This document shows, in pieces, positions 35,801-48,360 of a stretch of DNA of 64,000 nt. Source of the DNA: Macrostomum hystrix (lineage: Eukaryota > Animalia > Platyhelminthes); the NCBI GenBank assembly GCA_950097015.1, contig CATNEN010000038.1, forward strand, positions 27,466,001-27,530,000. Direction: 5' to 3'. Position numbers and translations under genes: made by a program. The notes under the pieces are model-generated. The model saw only the letters and a program-made list of their open reading frames with translations. It did not search any database and was not told where the DNA came from. The first letter of the stretch is position 1. Every line of letters begins with the position of its first letter.

Positions 35801-38800
35801 ATCTCTCCCCTATCTCATCCCTCCTGTCTCATCTCTCCAGTCTTATCTCTCCTGTCTTATCTCTTCTCTGTCTCATCTCTCCAGTCTTATCTCTCCTGTC
35901 TTATCTCATCTCTGTCTCATCTCTCCCCTGTCTCATCTCTCCCGTGTCTCATCTCTCCCATTTCTCATCTCCCCTGTCTTATCACTCCCGTGTCTCATCC
36001 CTCCTGTCTCATCTCTCCAGTCTTATCTCTCCTGTCTTATCTCTTCTCTGTCTCATCTCTCCCCTGTCTTATCTCTCCCCTGTCTCATCTCTCCCGTGTC
36101 TCATCTCTCCCATTTCTCATCTCCCCTGTCTTATCTCTCCCGTGTCTCATCTCTCCTGTCTTATCTCTGGCCCCTATCACATCCCTCCTGTCTCATCTCT
36201 CCAGTCTTATCTCTCCTGTCTTATCTCTCCCATGTCTCATCTTCCCTGTCTTATCTCTCCCCTGTCTGATCTCTCCCATGCCTCATCTCTCCCCTGTCTT
36301 ATCTCTCCTGTCTTATCTCTCCCCTGTCTCATCTCTCCCCTGTCTCATCTCTCCCATGTCTTATCTCTCCTGTCTTATCTCTCCCCTGTCTCATCTCTCC
36401 CCTGTCTCATCTCTCCCATGTCTTATCTATCATGTGACTTATCTCTCCCCTTTCTCATAAGTCACTGCGGCCCGCTGCGTCTTTTAGGTTCTCTCCATGG
36501 CCCGCATGCTAATAAGTTTGCCAACCCCTGACATAGTCCATTGTATTTTTATTAGTCTCGCTGTAGGTGTAAATGTACTTGTACATGAGGCCAGAATTAT
36601 TCAGTTCTTTCACAGATATGCATTTAAGGTTCTGACAGGCCTATTTGTAAAATCATTCAACAGGAAAGGTCAGTTTCTTACAGGCCTATACGCCGATATT
36701 ACTAGCCGCTGCGGCAGCTTTGAAACCATGCACGCACATGTATCCATATAGGGCGGGCCAAACTAAAGTAAGGAATTACATCCGACTGATATAAAAAGGT
36801 TCTGTATATTTTATACAGCGGCGATTCGTACTTCTTCGCCCATCCGATTCCATAACGCTGCGTACATTCGCATCTCCCCTCACTGCACCTGCACCCTTCG
36901 CTTGCAATCCTACCCAACGTACGTCCTCCGACCACAGTAGAGCCGCCGCGGCTTGTTGAAGCAGTGCAAGCAAGGTGGACAGTAGAGAAAGAAGAGAAAA
37001 TCGATCAGTTCACTGCGCGGATAGGGCCTAAAGGACGACACGTGTAGCAAAGCTCGAGGTAGTTGCTTAGCTAAGCAATGACAACTACATCTTTGTACGG
37101 CTTCTTTACAAACTAAAGAATACATTAACGTCAGCGCAGGTGTCTCAGTGGTCATTTGGTCATTATTTATTGAATATGAACTGACATATATCCTGCATTA
37201 CAGGATTCACTTCATGTACGATATAAAGAAAATTGTCAGAATTCATTCAATGATTCATAGTCTAAATTGAATTAACTTTTGCAGCAAAATTAAATGTTTT
37301 TTTTAGATAAAATTTTGCTGGAAATCCTCGCGAGCACATGATTTAACAAACGCTTATCGTACAGTACATTTGGGGTTTAACGAAATGGCGATGAAACGTC
37401 GAGTAATTTCCATGTTTTTATTTCTAGTTTTTTTAATGAACTTATTGTGCTTGCAAATTTTTTAATCCTAAATTTATTTTAATTTCAACTCCTATCTCTA
37501 TCCACTAAATGAATTAGGGTCTAGCTAGACAGCGGATTGGACCAAATGACTCAACCCCACCTCCCCCAATTAGTGCCTGTGCTTTTGAAGCATTGACTGA
37601 GCAGTCCTATAGGTTGGTATCTTATTGCCCACGATTCAATTCCCCCCTAGTCAAATTCCTGTACGATTCTCTACCCTGGGAGGTCAGACCATGCATTCCA
37701 GGCCCACATGAAATCTGATGCATTGGGATCTTGGCTCATGACTGTATTTGGCAGTGAGCTATCGCGATCTGCTAATACTTTTCTTAAACTCCATAGCATG
37801 ACCTGCATTTCTTTATGGCCCACCCGTGGGAATCAAATGTCAATCAAGATCCCTTGATTTTTTATTCCTTTGTATTGCACAGCTGTGAAGGCCATCATCT
37901 GTAAGCAAGAAATCATGAGTCTGGAGTTACCAACGCCATTAGTTCAGCTGTTTAATAAAGCAAAATTCTATAGAAGCAGACAAGAATTGATTGCTGGGTC
38001 AAGAAAATATGGGCCGTTCACACGATCATTCCGTCGCAAATCTATCAAGGCTATTGTTCTACGAGTGGATGATCAAAGCATCATAAAATTCTAACCAATT
38101 CCAAAATTTAAGCTCAGCATTCTCTCATCTGTTTTCATCTGTACTAGCAGATGTTCAAGGTTCTCAATTTTCGCGTTTATAAATCGAAATACTTGGATTA
38201 GATGGTGCTAATTTACTGTTGAGTAACAAGTTTTATTGTATTATAGACGATCACGTTTCCTGGAAAAGACCATAAAATCAGCATTCATACCTATAAATAC
38301 TCCTTGTTCTGCAGCTGAAAATAAAAAAGTTCGTTGATGCTAAAAGTACTTGTGAAAATTTTAGCAATAAAATAAAAACACGTGACTATCTTAAAAATTT
38401 TCCTTTGCAGGCACTCGATTCAACTGCGACTGCACTGTTGCGCCGATATGCAACGAAGCCGGCAGTGTTGTATTCTACGTCGTGACCTTCCACAGTCATC
38501 ACGACGAAGACAACTGCCGAACGCGTCGCGTCGCCAAGGAAACACTGCCAGGTGAGGTGGCTTGTTGGTTTAATTCAGGGGTCTGCAAACTCCCGCCCGC
38601 GGGTCAGATGCGGCCCTCAAAGCTCCCAAATCCGGCATGCCGCTCCCTCCAACACCTATAGTATCCTGTCTGATCTTTCACCTGTCTCATCCCTCTCTCA
38701 TCTGCAGATAGAGAGTCTCTCCCGTGTCTCAACTGTCCTGTGTCTTATCTCTCTCCGTCTCTCTCCCGTCTCATCTATTCTTTGTCTCGTCTCTTCTCTG

Positions 38801-41800
38801 TCTAATCTCTACCGTGTCTCCTCTATCCCCTGTCTTATCTCCTCCCCGTGTCTCAACTTTCCTACAGTAAATGCGGACCGCTGTCGTCTTTTAGGTTCTC
38901 TCTGTGGCCCGCACGCTAGTAAGTTGGCCGACTCCTGGTTTAATTATACATCCGCACACAGAAGTGTACCATTCATTTCCATTGCCTTCAGATGACAGCC
39001 GCACGATGCGAATTCTGCGGCGAATTTTCTTTCCTACTGGCTGCGCCACACGCAGCGTCTGCGGCGGATGCAGCGGCGGCGGCGGCAGCAGCGTCGATGG
39101 CGGCCAGCGCAGCCAGCGCAGACATCATCATCAGCAGCAGCTTCCTGTCACCTTCGACGCTGAGAACGAAGAAGAAGCCAATGAGTCTACTATACGCCTG
39201 AAGTCACGGAAAGTCAAAAAGGATGCCGCGGATGCGGCAGAAGCTGCTGCCGACGACCTCGGAGATTCAGTGGCGGCAGCAAGTGGCATTGCAGATAATA
39301 CACGAAGCCGACGACAAATGGGCGAGAATGACAGCTGCTTGTCGCTCAATTCGCTTCCAACTGGCGAAAATAAGCGGCAATTCACTGATGACAGAGGTTC
39401 GTTGAAGACCACATTTTTCGGTTTTTATTTTTATAAAAACTACGGCATGAAGACACTACATGAAATGTTAAATTAGAAAATAAAAAAACTGAACGCGAAA
39501 TATCTGAAACTTTCCGCTCCTTGAACCACCGACTCTGTTTTTAGGTACAGGTCGGAGCAAGTCGGTGTCCCGAGCCGCTGATTGGGATTCCGTCTGTGAC
39601 AGTGACGCCAGGAACTCGGAAACCATCATATTCTCCAACGAGATCTCCGCCTTGAAGCACAACATGTCCGAGAAGGTTGCTCAGGTTAGATAACTTCTTT
39701 AAAAATGTGCCTTCACAGCCCTAATTTAGAACTCTGGGTGAGGTACTTTCTAAAAATAAATCGTGATTTACCTCCGTCAGAATACCGAGCAGAAAACCAG
39801 AGGATTATAGAATCAGTTCCTTATCACATGCTGTTGACATTATAAAAAATATATATTCACGACATCTCGGCATATGAAAACTATTGTAAGGTACTTTCGC
39901 TTGGCTCTGATGTCATACCGGAGTATAAACTGCAGTCGCCTCGCATTCACAAGCTGACCATACTGCACTACTCGCCATTCAAAGCTGTCTGGGACTGGTT
40001 GATACTACTATTAGTAATCTACACCGCCATCTACACACCGTACGTGGCTGCTTTTCTGTTAAACGACGAGAAACGTGGTAGAAAAGCCAAGGTAAGGACA
40101 GGAAACTACCGGTGTTTAACTGAATAAAGCGGAACTGAAAAATAGCGATGTGTTTTAGAATCCAAAAGCCTGCACAGGAATCATATTTAGTTGATTTTAT
40201 ATTTTTGCTAGGGTTTCCTTAACACTTCCTCTAGTTTACATTTTATGGCGATGTCATGAACTTTTTCTGCCTATTTTTTAATCCACAGCACTCACTAAAC
40301 TACCAAGATCCTATGAACATCATCGACATAATGGTGGATATTATGTTCATTGTGGACATACTGATCAACTTTCGCACGACCTATGTGAACAAGAACGACG
40401 AAGTTGTCTCGCATCCCGGGCGCATTGCGGTGCATTACTTCAAGGGCTGGTTTCTCATAGATCTGGTGGCTGCCATTCCATTCGACCTCTTGTTGTGGGG
40501 CTCTGACACTAGCTCCGATGAGGTAAGCATCTCGAGTATGTCTTTAGTTTTTTATATTTTCTACGTACATGTGTATTTAAATCAATTTAATAATAATAAT
40601 AATAATAATAATAATCTCACGCCCCGCGCCGACCACAAGTGGCCAAAAAAGGGGGGGCGTCAAATCGCGCGCTTCAGGGCAAGGTCTCTGACGTGCTTCA
40701 CGCCGGCTGCCTGGCTGGGTGCTCGCGCATCATCAAAAAGAGGGTCGATGTAGCGAGCCGTTCGTCCCTGTCCGCGCCTGCGAGGTCCCTGCGGAGTCCA
40801 CAGCAGGACGTCCTGCAGCGGCTCTGGGCAGTAGGCTTCGGCCCGGATGACATGCCCGGCAAGCCGCAGACGTCGCTTGCTCAGCAGGGCAGAAGGCCGC
40901 GTCAGGCGCGCTCGCTGGTACAGGGAGTCGGTCGTCTCGCTGCCAGGGCCGCGGCGAGCGCCGAACGCGGCACGAACCAGAGCCGCATGCGCCGCGTCGA
41001 GCTGCCCCTCGAGCGCCCCGGTCAGCGTCCAGGTCTCAGCATTGTACAGGAGGGCAGTCTCGACAACAGCCTGGAACAGCTGGGACCTGGCGCTGTCCGA
41101 CAGGGCCTCCGAGAGCAGCACCGCCCGAACAGATCGAAAGGCGGCCCAGGCCTTGCCGCGCCGTCTCGCCAGGTCGTCGCTCACGTCCGGCACCAGGTAG
41201 AGGAACTGACGGCACTTCGGGAGCATCGTCCCAGGGGCATCGCCGTCTCGGAGTCGGAGTCGGATCTCGGCGGGTAGATCGTGCGGCACCGTCAGCACCT
41301 CGGTCTTTTTGGCGTTGATGACGAGGCCGACCCTCGCAGCCGCCGCAGTCAGGCCATCCAGCAGCCGTTGGGCGCCTTCGGCCGTCGTAGACAGCAGGGC
41401 GAGGTCGTCCGCGTAGCCGAGGAGGGACAGCCTCTTCTCCGGGTGTCGCCGACTGGTGCGCCTTTGCAGTAGAAAGCCGTCCTCTGCGGTCGGCAGGCCG
41501 ATTCTGCACACCCAGTCCATCAGCAAAACAAAGAGGAAGGGCGCCAGAGTGTCACCCTTTAACTTTGTTTATAAAAAGCGTGATTAGATTAAAATGAAAG
41601 TAAACAATTAAGTTAAGCGATTTAAGGTACCAAATTTGACCACCTCGTTCCAAAGAACTTTGAATCGGCATTTAGACTTTCGGTATTTTCGCAATGGTTA
41701 ATAGAGGGCTGCAGGCAATGGCACGTCATTTGGTGACACTAGACCCGCAGCCAGCGAGGAGGAAATTCTGCCTATTTCGCCAACTCCTGAGCACACACAC

Positions 41801-43988
41801 ATAGGTTTGTACATTTGTCCTGACTTTTCTCATCGTCAGGCAGTGTACACTTTACTGTGCCTTGGAGGTTGGCCCTCAAGGGCGTAAATTGCACGACAAG
41901 CCCTCAAGCCTTCTCTCCGCAGAATCGAGCTCACGACCTTGGTGCGAGAGGCAAACGCGTTCTTAGCAATGTTAATTCACGCGCATTTAATAACTTGCAG
42001 ACAACGACGCTGATTGGTCTGTTTAAGACGGCCCGCCTTTTGAGACTGGTTCGCGTGGCGCGCAAACTAGACCGCTACTCGGAGTACGGTGCCGCAGTTC
42101 TGCTGCTGCTCATGGCGTCTTTCGCTCTCATCGCTCACTGGCTAGCCTGTATTTGGTACGCGATTGGCAACCTGGAACGGCCGAGCAGTTTGTCCATCGG
42201 ATGGTTGAATAGTTTGGCAGTGCAGGTGCGTCAGAATATTCGAGTAATCCGTAGCTTCAGTTCTTGTGCCTTTGACTTAAGCGGTCAATACATTTTTGGC
42301 CTACCCACAGACCAATCAGCCCTACGTGAAGGGCAACAGCAGTTCAGGGCCAACGCTGCGTTCAAAGTACATCACAGCCCTGTACTTCACCTTCTCCAGC
42401 CTAACGTCTGTCGGCTTTGGCAATGTATCGCCCAACACCAACATGGAAAAGGCATTCAGCATCTGCGTTATGCTCATCGGCAGTCTAATGTACGCCAGCA
42501 TCTTTGGTAACGTGTCAGCGATCATTCAACGCTTGTACAGCGGCACTGCGCGCTATCACACCCAGATGCTTCGGGTGCGCGAGTTCATTCGGTTCCATCA
42601 GATTCCCAATCCGTTGCGTCAGCGTCTGGAAGAGTACTTCCAACACGCTTGGTCCTACACTAACGGCATCGACATGAACCTCGTGTTGAAAGGTTTCCCA
42701 GAGTGTCTGCAAGCCGACATCTGCCTGCACCTCAATCGCAGTCTATTACGCAGCAATTCAGCCTTCAAAGACGCCAGTCCCGGATGCCTTCGTGCGCTGT
42801 CCATGAAATTCAAGTCAACGCACGTTCCACCAGGCGATATTCTTGTGCACAGGGGCGACATGCTAAGCGCTCTGTACTTCGTGTCCAGGTAAGTACAGTC
42901 TATAGCACACTCTTGGACTACGTCAAGGGTCCTTTATATTAATCTAAGGCCGAATGAATAATTTGTCAAGAGGCAGCATCGAGATCCTGATGGACGACAC
43001 CGTGCTGGCGATCCTTGGCAAGGAGGACGCCTTCGGGGAGCCGCCGCACTCCAGCCAGGCCGTTGGCAAGTCGCGCTGCAATGTGCGGGCTCTGACCTAC
43101 TGCGATCTGCACAAGATCCACCGCGATGATCTGTTGGACGTGATGGAAAACTACCCCGAGTTCGGTGAAAGCTTTCTCCGAAAGCTGGAAGTCACCTTCA
43201 ATTTGAGAGACTACGACGCTTATTATCCACCGGGGCCAGGTGAGTTGTGTTTAGTGCCAGGTTTGTCCAGCTTTTTATGGCGTTGAGCAGAAACGGTTAA
43301 GCGTTCGACTCTTGCTCAAAGGTTCCTGGGTTCGAATCCGTGGTGAGTCCACTTTAGTCTCAGGTCTGACGCCGAGAGAAGATTTTGGAGTTGCAACTAT
43401 ATCTACAACCCTAAAGGCACAGTACTCTACCTTTCAGGTGAAATAAGCGAGTGCGATCTCGCACAGGAATGCCACTTGCCTGAAATGCATTGTGCGTCAA
43501 TCAAGCCCGACACTGTCCCAGTCCCGACACTGGCGCAGCAAACCGAGCCTCCGCATCGTCGGGTGAGCATTAATCCTCGCATCGGTCACGCCACACCAGG
43601 TGCCGCCACTGCTGTGACGGGAGCAAAGTCCGCGTCAGCGTCCGCCCTGACCACTTCGGCCTGTCGGGTCGATTCGCCCACACTATTCGCCGACGATGAA
43701 GACGAGGACTACGTAATGAAGCATCGTCAGCCGGGCCTGGGTCTCTTGGAGTTCTCAGCTCAAGAGCTGACAGACAAAGCGGTATCGAGTCAGCAGCTGC
43801 ACAGTCATCATCATCAGCCTCAGCATCAGCATCATCATCAGCAGTCACAGCATCGCCAGCATCAACAGCAGCAAAGCTCTCAGGCAATTGTTTTGTCGAA
43901 AATTGATGCCTTGGAGAAGCATATATGCAGCTTGGAGGCAAAGCTGGACTCACTGATCAGCCAGGGTAGAACTGGAGTTGCGGAATAG
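26808..43988 (+). CDS. KCNH2: ERG-type (EAG family) voltage-gated K+ channel, 11 exons, about 1014 aa: 26808-26883, 34305-34535, 38411-38551, 38992-39396, 39551-39684, 39891-40091, 40289-40522, 42001-42225, 42311-42888, 42971-43239, 43438-43988
   Basis: [12 protein letters not shown] cap, PAS domain, [51 protein letters not shown] filter, CNBHD and C-terminal coiled coil; exon phases are consistent (3045 nt). Confidence 0.95.
27323..27501. mobile_element. Fold-back MITE, about 180 bp
   Basis: CGGGATGGCTTCACAAGACCGAAATTTCACAATGCCGAAAA is inverted at TTTTCGGCGTTGTGAAATTTGGGTCTTGTGAAAGCCACCCG; internal TTTCA(C/T)AA repeats. Confidence 0.75.
28121..31298 (+). mobile_element. Full-length P element (P/THAP9 superfamily), 3178 bp
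   Basis: 128-bp TIRs (28121-28248 and 31171-31298) beginning CATGGATGAATAAT; exact 8-bp TSD GTTTGAAT at 28113-28120 and 31299-31306. Confidence 0.96.
28331..30890 (+). CDS. THAP-domain P-element transposase, 2 exons (28331-29856, 29933-30890), about 827 aa; upstream in-frame ATGs at 28259 and 28301
   Basis: THAP motifs CAAIGC, FSYP, W, LCELHF, AVP; [39 protein letters not shown]|[19 protein letters not shown]; a 76-nt GT-AG intron joins the two ORFs in frame. Confidence 0.93.
31507..32190 (-). pseudogene. IS630-like transposase remnant with the DDE core deleted and two frameshifts
   Basis: Aligns with element A: [11 protein letters not shown] vs PDKPPVSIKTI, EYANFM vs [22 protein letters not shown] vs PDGVTCVEWRIFLLER. 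Confidence 0.87.
32422..33846. mobile_element. Older non-autonomous element with degenerate inverted ends
   Basis: GATTCTTTCCATTGGCTAGAATTT...GCAACGCTGAAAAAATTTGG...CAGCTAGAAAT is inverted at ATTTCTAGCTG...CCAGATTTTTTCAGTGTTGC...AAATTCTAGCCGATGGAAAGAATC; true ends uncertain. Confidence 0.65.
34060..34272 (-). mobile_element. tRNA-headed SINE family 2
   Basis: Minus strand has a tRNA-like head (CTCGATTCCCG) then GTGTCCTTTAGCAAGACA...CAGTTCACCCAGCT, shared with 58891-59140 and 48130-48360. Confidence 0.75.
35470..36530. mobile_element. hAT (Charlie-like) MITE with an internally expanded minisatellite
   Basis: CAGGGGTCGGCAAACT ... AGTTTGCCAACCCCTG, exact 8-bp TSD ACATAGTC; about 850 bp of (TGTCT(C/T)ATCTCTCCCC)-type repeats. 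Confidence 0.92.
38576..38937. mobile_element. hAT MITE of the same family, short form (362 bp)
   Basis: CAGGGGTCTGCAAACT ... AGTTGGCCGACTCCTG, exact 8-bp TSD GTTTAATT; subterminal sequence shared with 35470-36530. Confidence 0.92.
40588..41559 (-). mobile_element. 5'-truncated RTE-like non-LTR retrotransposon in ERG intron 7
   Basis: Reverse transcriptase C-terminal half: [49 protein letters not shown]; ends in an (ATT)n tail; GC-rich relative to host. Confidence 0.92.
41700..41961 (-). mobile_element. SINE family 1, partial copy with internal deletions
   Basis: Matches the reverse complement of 14858-15219. Confidence 0.85.
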
Positions 43989-44282
43989 CCACAGTGATCT
44001 GGCTTTGTGCAAAGAAAATTTTATTTGTAAGGTGAACATTTTAAGCCTGGTTAGTTAATGCTTTTTCTGTTGTCTGTATATTGAGCTACATGGTGACTGG
44101 ATTCACTCTAGATAATTGAAAAAAAATGACCAGATGGTCAGATGTACAGTGAGTACAATGAGATGTAGGCTGTTAAGTCCATACAATACGGGGCCGCTAA
44201 ACACCTAACTTTTTTTCTCGGGCTAATCCTGTTACCCATTTTACAGCTTAATGAATTGGGCCAATAAGGAATAATTAGGAGT

Positions 44283-44663
44283 TAATAATAATATTAATAG
44301 TAATTGGCTGGCTGCCGGCAATGGAACATCATTCAACGACACTAGACCTGCAGCCAGCGAGGATGCAATTCTGCCCATTTCGCTGACTCCTGAGCACACA
44401 TGCACACAGATACTCGTGAGCGTATTGTACGCAGGCACACGTTCACACAGGTGTGTACATCTGCCCTGATTTTCTCATCGTCAGGCAGTGTACACTCTCA
44501 CTGTGCGTTGGAAGGTTGGCCCTCAAGGGCGTAAATTGTACGACAAGCCCCCAAGCCTTCTCTTCACGGCTGCACCTCAAATAAATGTGACCTCGCCGCA
44601 GAATCGAGCTCAGGGACCTTGGTGCGAGAGGCAAACGCGTTAACCGCTCTGCCACCGACCCCC
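44283..44663 (-). mobile_element. SINE family 1, full-length copy
   Basis: Head GGGGTCGGTGGCAGAGCGGTTAACGCG on the minus strand, complete body, AT-rich tail. Confidence 0.88.
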
Positions 44664-46599
44664 GAACTAAGAGTTTCGCTCTGGGTAAAAAATTGTGTTT
44701 GCCTTCACTGAGATTAGAACTCCCGACCTCTAGCTCAGTTTTCTTAAGAAGGAATGGAACCTAAGATTTGTTCGGGCTACGTAAGTTTTAGACGTGTTGT
44801 CAAGGACGACTAAAGTAATGTTTATAGCTCGTACATGACGCCACAATAGTGTTTATGGAAGGAAATTTTTAATGGCCACTTTTTACAGAAAAGTAGATGG
44901 CAAATCTTTGTGTGTTTTTACGAGTTTCTCTTAGTTAAAATTATAAATTAACCGACACAAGTTCTGTCCATTTTTGCCCGGTTGAAGCCGGCTAGTTTAA
45001 GTTTAAAGGTAATTGTTTAATTTATTAGACATATATTTGCACGTTTTGTAACTATCTGTTAGTCTTTAATTGATGTTTTGTCTATTGATATTTCCTGTTG
45101 TGTCTGTCTGACGGTAGAACGTCTTCTCAAGACTATATTCTTTCTTCACACATGTCATTGTTAATGTCGTAAATAATTTATTGATCAAAACCTACACCGT
45201 TTCCTTTTTCTAAAACTGTCTAAAGCATAAGAAGCTATTGTAGTAATTGTTTAGAAAAATTCTCGATTTTCTCATTCCTGTTTAATGCAGATTGTACTAT
45301 CTGCTAAAAAAGAAGAACATTTTGTGTAGCTCAAACATAAGAAACGAGACTTAATTTCGAACATCAGTTTGTCGTTAATCAAGCCAGCTATAAATAGTTA
45401 AGTTGCTTGGGATTTTAACTTATTGCACTTGCCGTTTGAAAAACTCACCATAAGAACAGGTTGAAAACTAGTTTGCAACATTTCGAAGATTTCGAGGAGT
45501 TTTTATCGAAAAATGTTATGTGAAACTCTCATTAAAAATGCATCCGCCTTATCACATTTTTGTCTCAATTAATCACTGTCCATTTCTGTTGTCCTTGTAT
45601 TAAAAATACACTGCATTGCTATATATTTTTCTTTACTTTTGAAACCTAAATAAAAGTAAAAAAAATTTTATCACAGCGCCTGATGGTAAAAAACTACTTG
45701 AAGTAAGCGTGGTGGATTTGTTCTTCAATAATTTTGAAAAAAACGAACGGTTATATATTATACCCAGAAAACGAGCGGAGCTTTTATGCTGAGATGAGTT
45801 CTGCATAATGCAACCATGAATTCAGAAACTGCAATGCGTAGAGGCTAAGTACTGAGTAGATTTACAACCATAATTAAGTAAGGTTTGTGGCAGATTCAAA
45901 ACGTAAAGTGGGTTTTCTATGTCTGACAGTGCTGTACACTAGTATGTAGTAGATTCAGAGATCCCAGCCTTCGCTTTGCTGTTTTGGCAGGTCTGCTGCT
46001 GAACAGAATCCTGGGGGGATGCAGGATTGATTTCGCGTTAGTCCACCATTCAACCAGCCTATCAGCCCAGCACGTGAATTAGGTGAGGGAGGCACACTAG
46101 AAGACTGCTTCGAGTGCACTGTACACATTGTTGCACGCGGCGCACTGTCCCACAATGACGCACAACTGCAGTTCTGCAGAATTAATTCGCACAGCTAGGA
46201 TATTTCCTCTCCCTTTTACTGTGCAGTCTTCACCACAACGCTAGCAGATTTCTAAACTCGTGGTTTTAAGCACCGCGGTAAGAAAGCGCTGCCGTCTGGA
46301 CCGAATTGTGGCGAGAACATTGTGGCGAGAAACCATTGAATTCGACTTTCTTATTTTTCGTAAGTAATTTCCTTTTATTTGTATTGCAGTTGCCTTCTAT
46401 GATGTATAGGACCTGCGCACCTATGCAGTATTTACCTAGAGATTCATCTGCAACAGCTACGAAGTACTCGTACATAAATTTAATAAAATTGACGCGCAAC
46501 CACAAAAATAATTTCAGAAATTTTATCCATCCGAAGGCGTCTTTCAAGAGCGTCCAGCCAACATTGTAATAAAATATTGTAGTAAAAAACCTCAAGTAC

Positions 46600-47487
46600 A
46601 TGGCAGATTTCTTCCGCCGATCGGACCAGCCAAGCGCACGGCAGCTGCAGCAGCAGCTCTCGACGTCGTCTTCCTCCCCAACTGCGACCATCGGCAGAGC
46701 TGGAATCGCTGCAGGTGCAATCGGGCCTGATAGCATTCGCGGCCACTGGGAGCGCCAGCCAGAAGGCCCCGTGCTCTACAAGGTGATCTTCGATGTGCAC
46801 GGCTACGCACCGGAAGACCTGCGCACGAGTCTAATTGGAGATCGAACGGTTCAGGTGTCAGGAAGTGCTAGCCTGCAAGATCACGGCAACGGCCAGCAAG
46901 GTTGTGTTTCCTTCCAGGAGCAGTTCTCCCTACCAGACAATGTAGACGCAGGTCAGCTCCGATCCGTCGTCATCAACAACCAGCTGGTCGTGAGCGCGCC
47001 TGCTGTTCCCCCGAGGTACCGAGTGGAGCACCAAACATCCAGCAATTCTGCTAAATCGACTTCGCCAATGATAACGTTAAACAGCTTTCCGTTGCAAACA
47101 CAGCAACAGCAGGCGCAGATGCAGCCGCAACAAACTCAACAGCAGCTGCAACAGCTGTCAACAGTCAAACGTATCAACGTCTACCAGCTGACATTGGATC
47201 TCGGCAGCGAGTTCTCGCCTTTGGATGTTCGCATCTCCACAGTCGATGGAGGCGCGCGTCTTGTTGTGCACGGCCAGAGGCAGTCACGCAGTGCCGGAAA
47301 GACTTCATTTCGCGAATTTCGGGACGAATTCGACCTGCCATCGGGCCTAGATTTGGCCAGAATGGTTGCTCGTCTGCGCAGCGATGGGCGCGTGGTTGTC
47401 GAGGCTCCGTTCCGAGCAGACACCGAGCAGTTGCTAGGCGCAGGCTCCGGCTTCGACTATCAGAGCCTAAATGTTGAGCATCGATAA
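46600..47487 (+). CDS. Small heat-shock protein with two alpha-crystallin domains (p40/major egg antigen-like), 295 aa
   Basis: YKVIFDVHGYAPEDL...FQEQFSLPDNVD...LVVSAP and YQLTLDLGSEFSPLDV...FRDEFDLPSGLD...DGRVVVEAP, joined by a Q-rich linker. Confidence 0.9.
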   Translation: MADFFRRSDQPSARQLQQQLSTSSSSPTATIGRAGIAAGAIGPDSIRGHWERQPEGPVLYKVIFDVHGYAPEDLRTSLIGDRTVQVSGSASLQDHGNGQQGCVSFQEQFSLPDNVDAGQLRSVVINNQLVVSAPAVPPRYRVEHQTSSNSAKSTSPMITLNSFPLQTQQQQAQMQPQQTQQQLQQLSTVKRINVYQLTLDLGSEFSPLDVRISTVDGGARLVVHGQRQSRSAGKTSFREFRDEFDLPSGLDLARMVARLRSDGRVVVEAPFRADTEQLLGAGSGFDYQSLNVEHR

Positions 47488-48129
47488 GACTTTGATGCAG
47501 ACGAACCCTCAGAAGTGGAAGAAAATTCTCGAGTGTGTTCTTAGTTGCCCTTGATGTGGTGTCACTTGAAAGCGTTTCAGACAATTGGTTTTCTGATGAT
47601 TGAACCAGCCGTTTATACTGCTCTCGCCATTTCTTGTTAGACTTTTGTTATAATATATTTCTTGTTTAGCAATTTTCGACTTTCTTTCTCAAACTGCATG
47701 ATTTACAAATTTTCATATCGCGAAGAAATAGTTTTACAAAATAATCGTATTTACTAAAAGCTTTGCATTGCTTGTGTAAAACTCTTTTGCATAGACATAG
47801 CAGCAATATTCGTCCGTTTCATTTGTATTCTATAAGAACATTACATAGACTAACGCTGAGACTTTACCGACAACTCAATAGAGGCTCGCCATTTTTAAGC
47901 AGTTGATCGAATCTTTTGTTTAATGCTTTAAATTACGGCTTTATACAATGCTTAGAGTATATATTAAGAAAATGAAATGGTCACAGAGATAACTAGAAAG
48001 ATAAAGAAACAAAACAAACGATAAATGTTGTTTTTTTACTTATTTGCTTTGTATAGTTTATCACTGTTAACCAATTACTATTCTAATATTTTAATGTACG
48101 GGTACTTTAGATACTTCGGGCCAGATGTG

Positions 48130-48360
48130 CAGCCGACAGTACAGCCGCAATTGCGCGGTGCATCTGAAGGCTGCGTACGGCTGTTCAGTCCATGGACTGG
48201 GGGGACGCCACACCCACCGTCAATAACACAGCTAATGCTGGTACCCATTTAGCAGCTACGTGACCTGAAGCAATGTAGAGTAAAGTGTCTTGCTAAATGA
48301 CGCGAATCGAACCACCGACATTCAAGTGGTGAGTCCGATGCTCTAACGACAATGCTACAA
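48130..48360 (-). mobile_element. SINE family 2, degenerate copy
   Basis: GTACCCATTT...AAGTGTCTTGCTAAA...AATCGAACC is the reverse complement of the family core and head. Confidence 0.65.

Noticed and set aside
40639-41277. 212-aa plus-strand ORF
   Set aside because: Antisense shadow of the GC-rich RTE reverse transcriptase.
43280-43350. tRNA-like sequence with GGTTCGAATCC (and the SINE heads)
   Set aside because: No convincing cloverleaf or acceptor stem; more likely a SINE-head relic in ERG intron 10.
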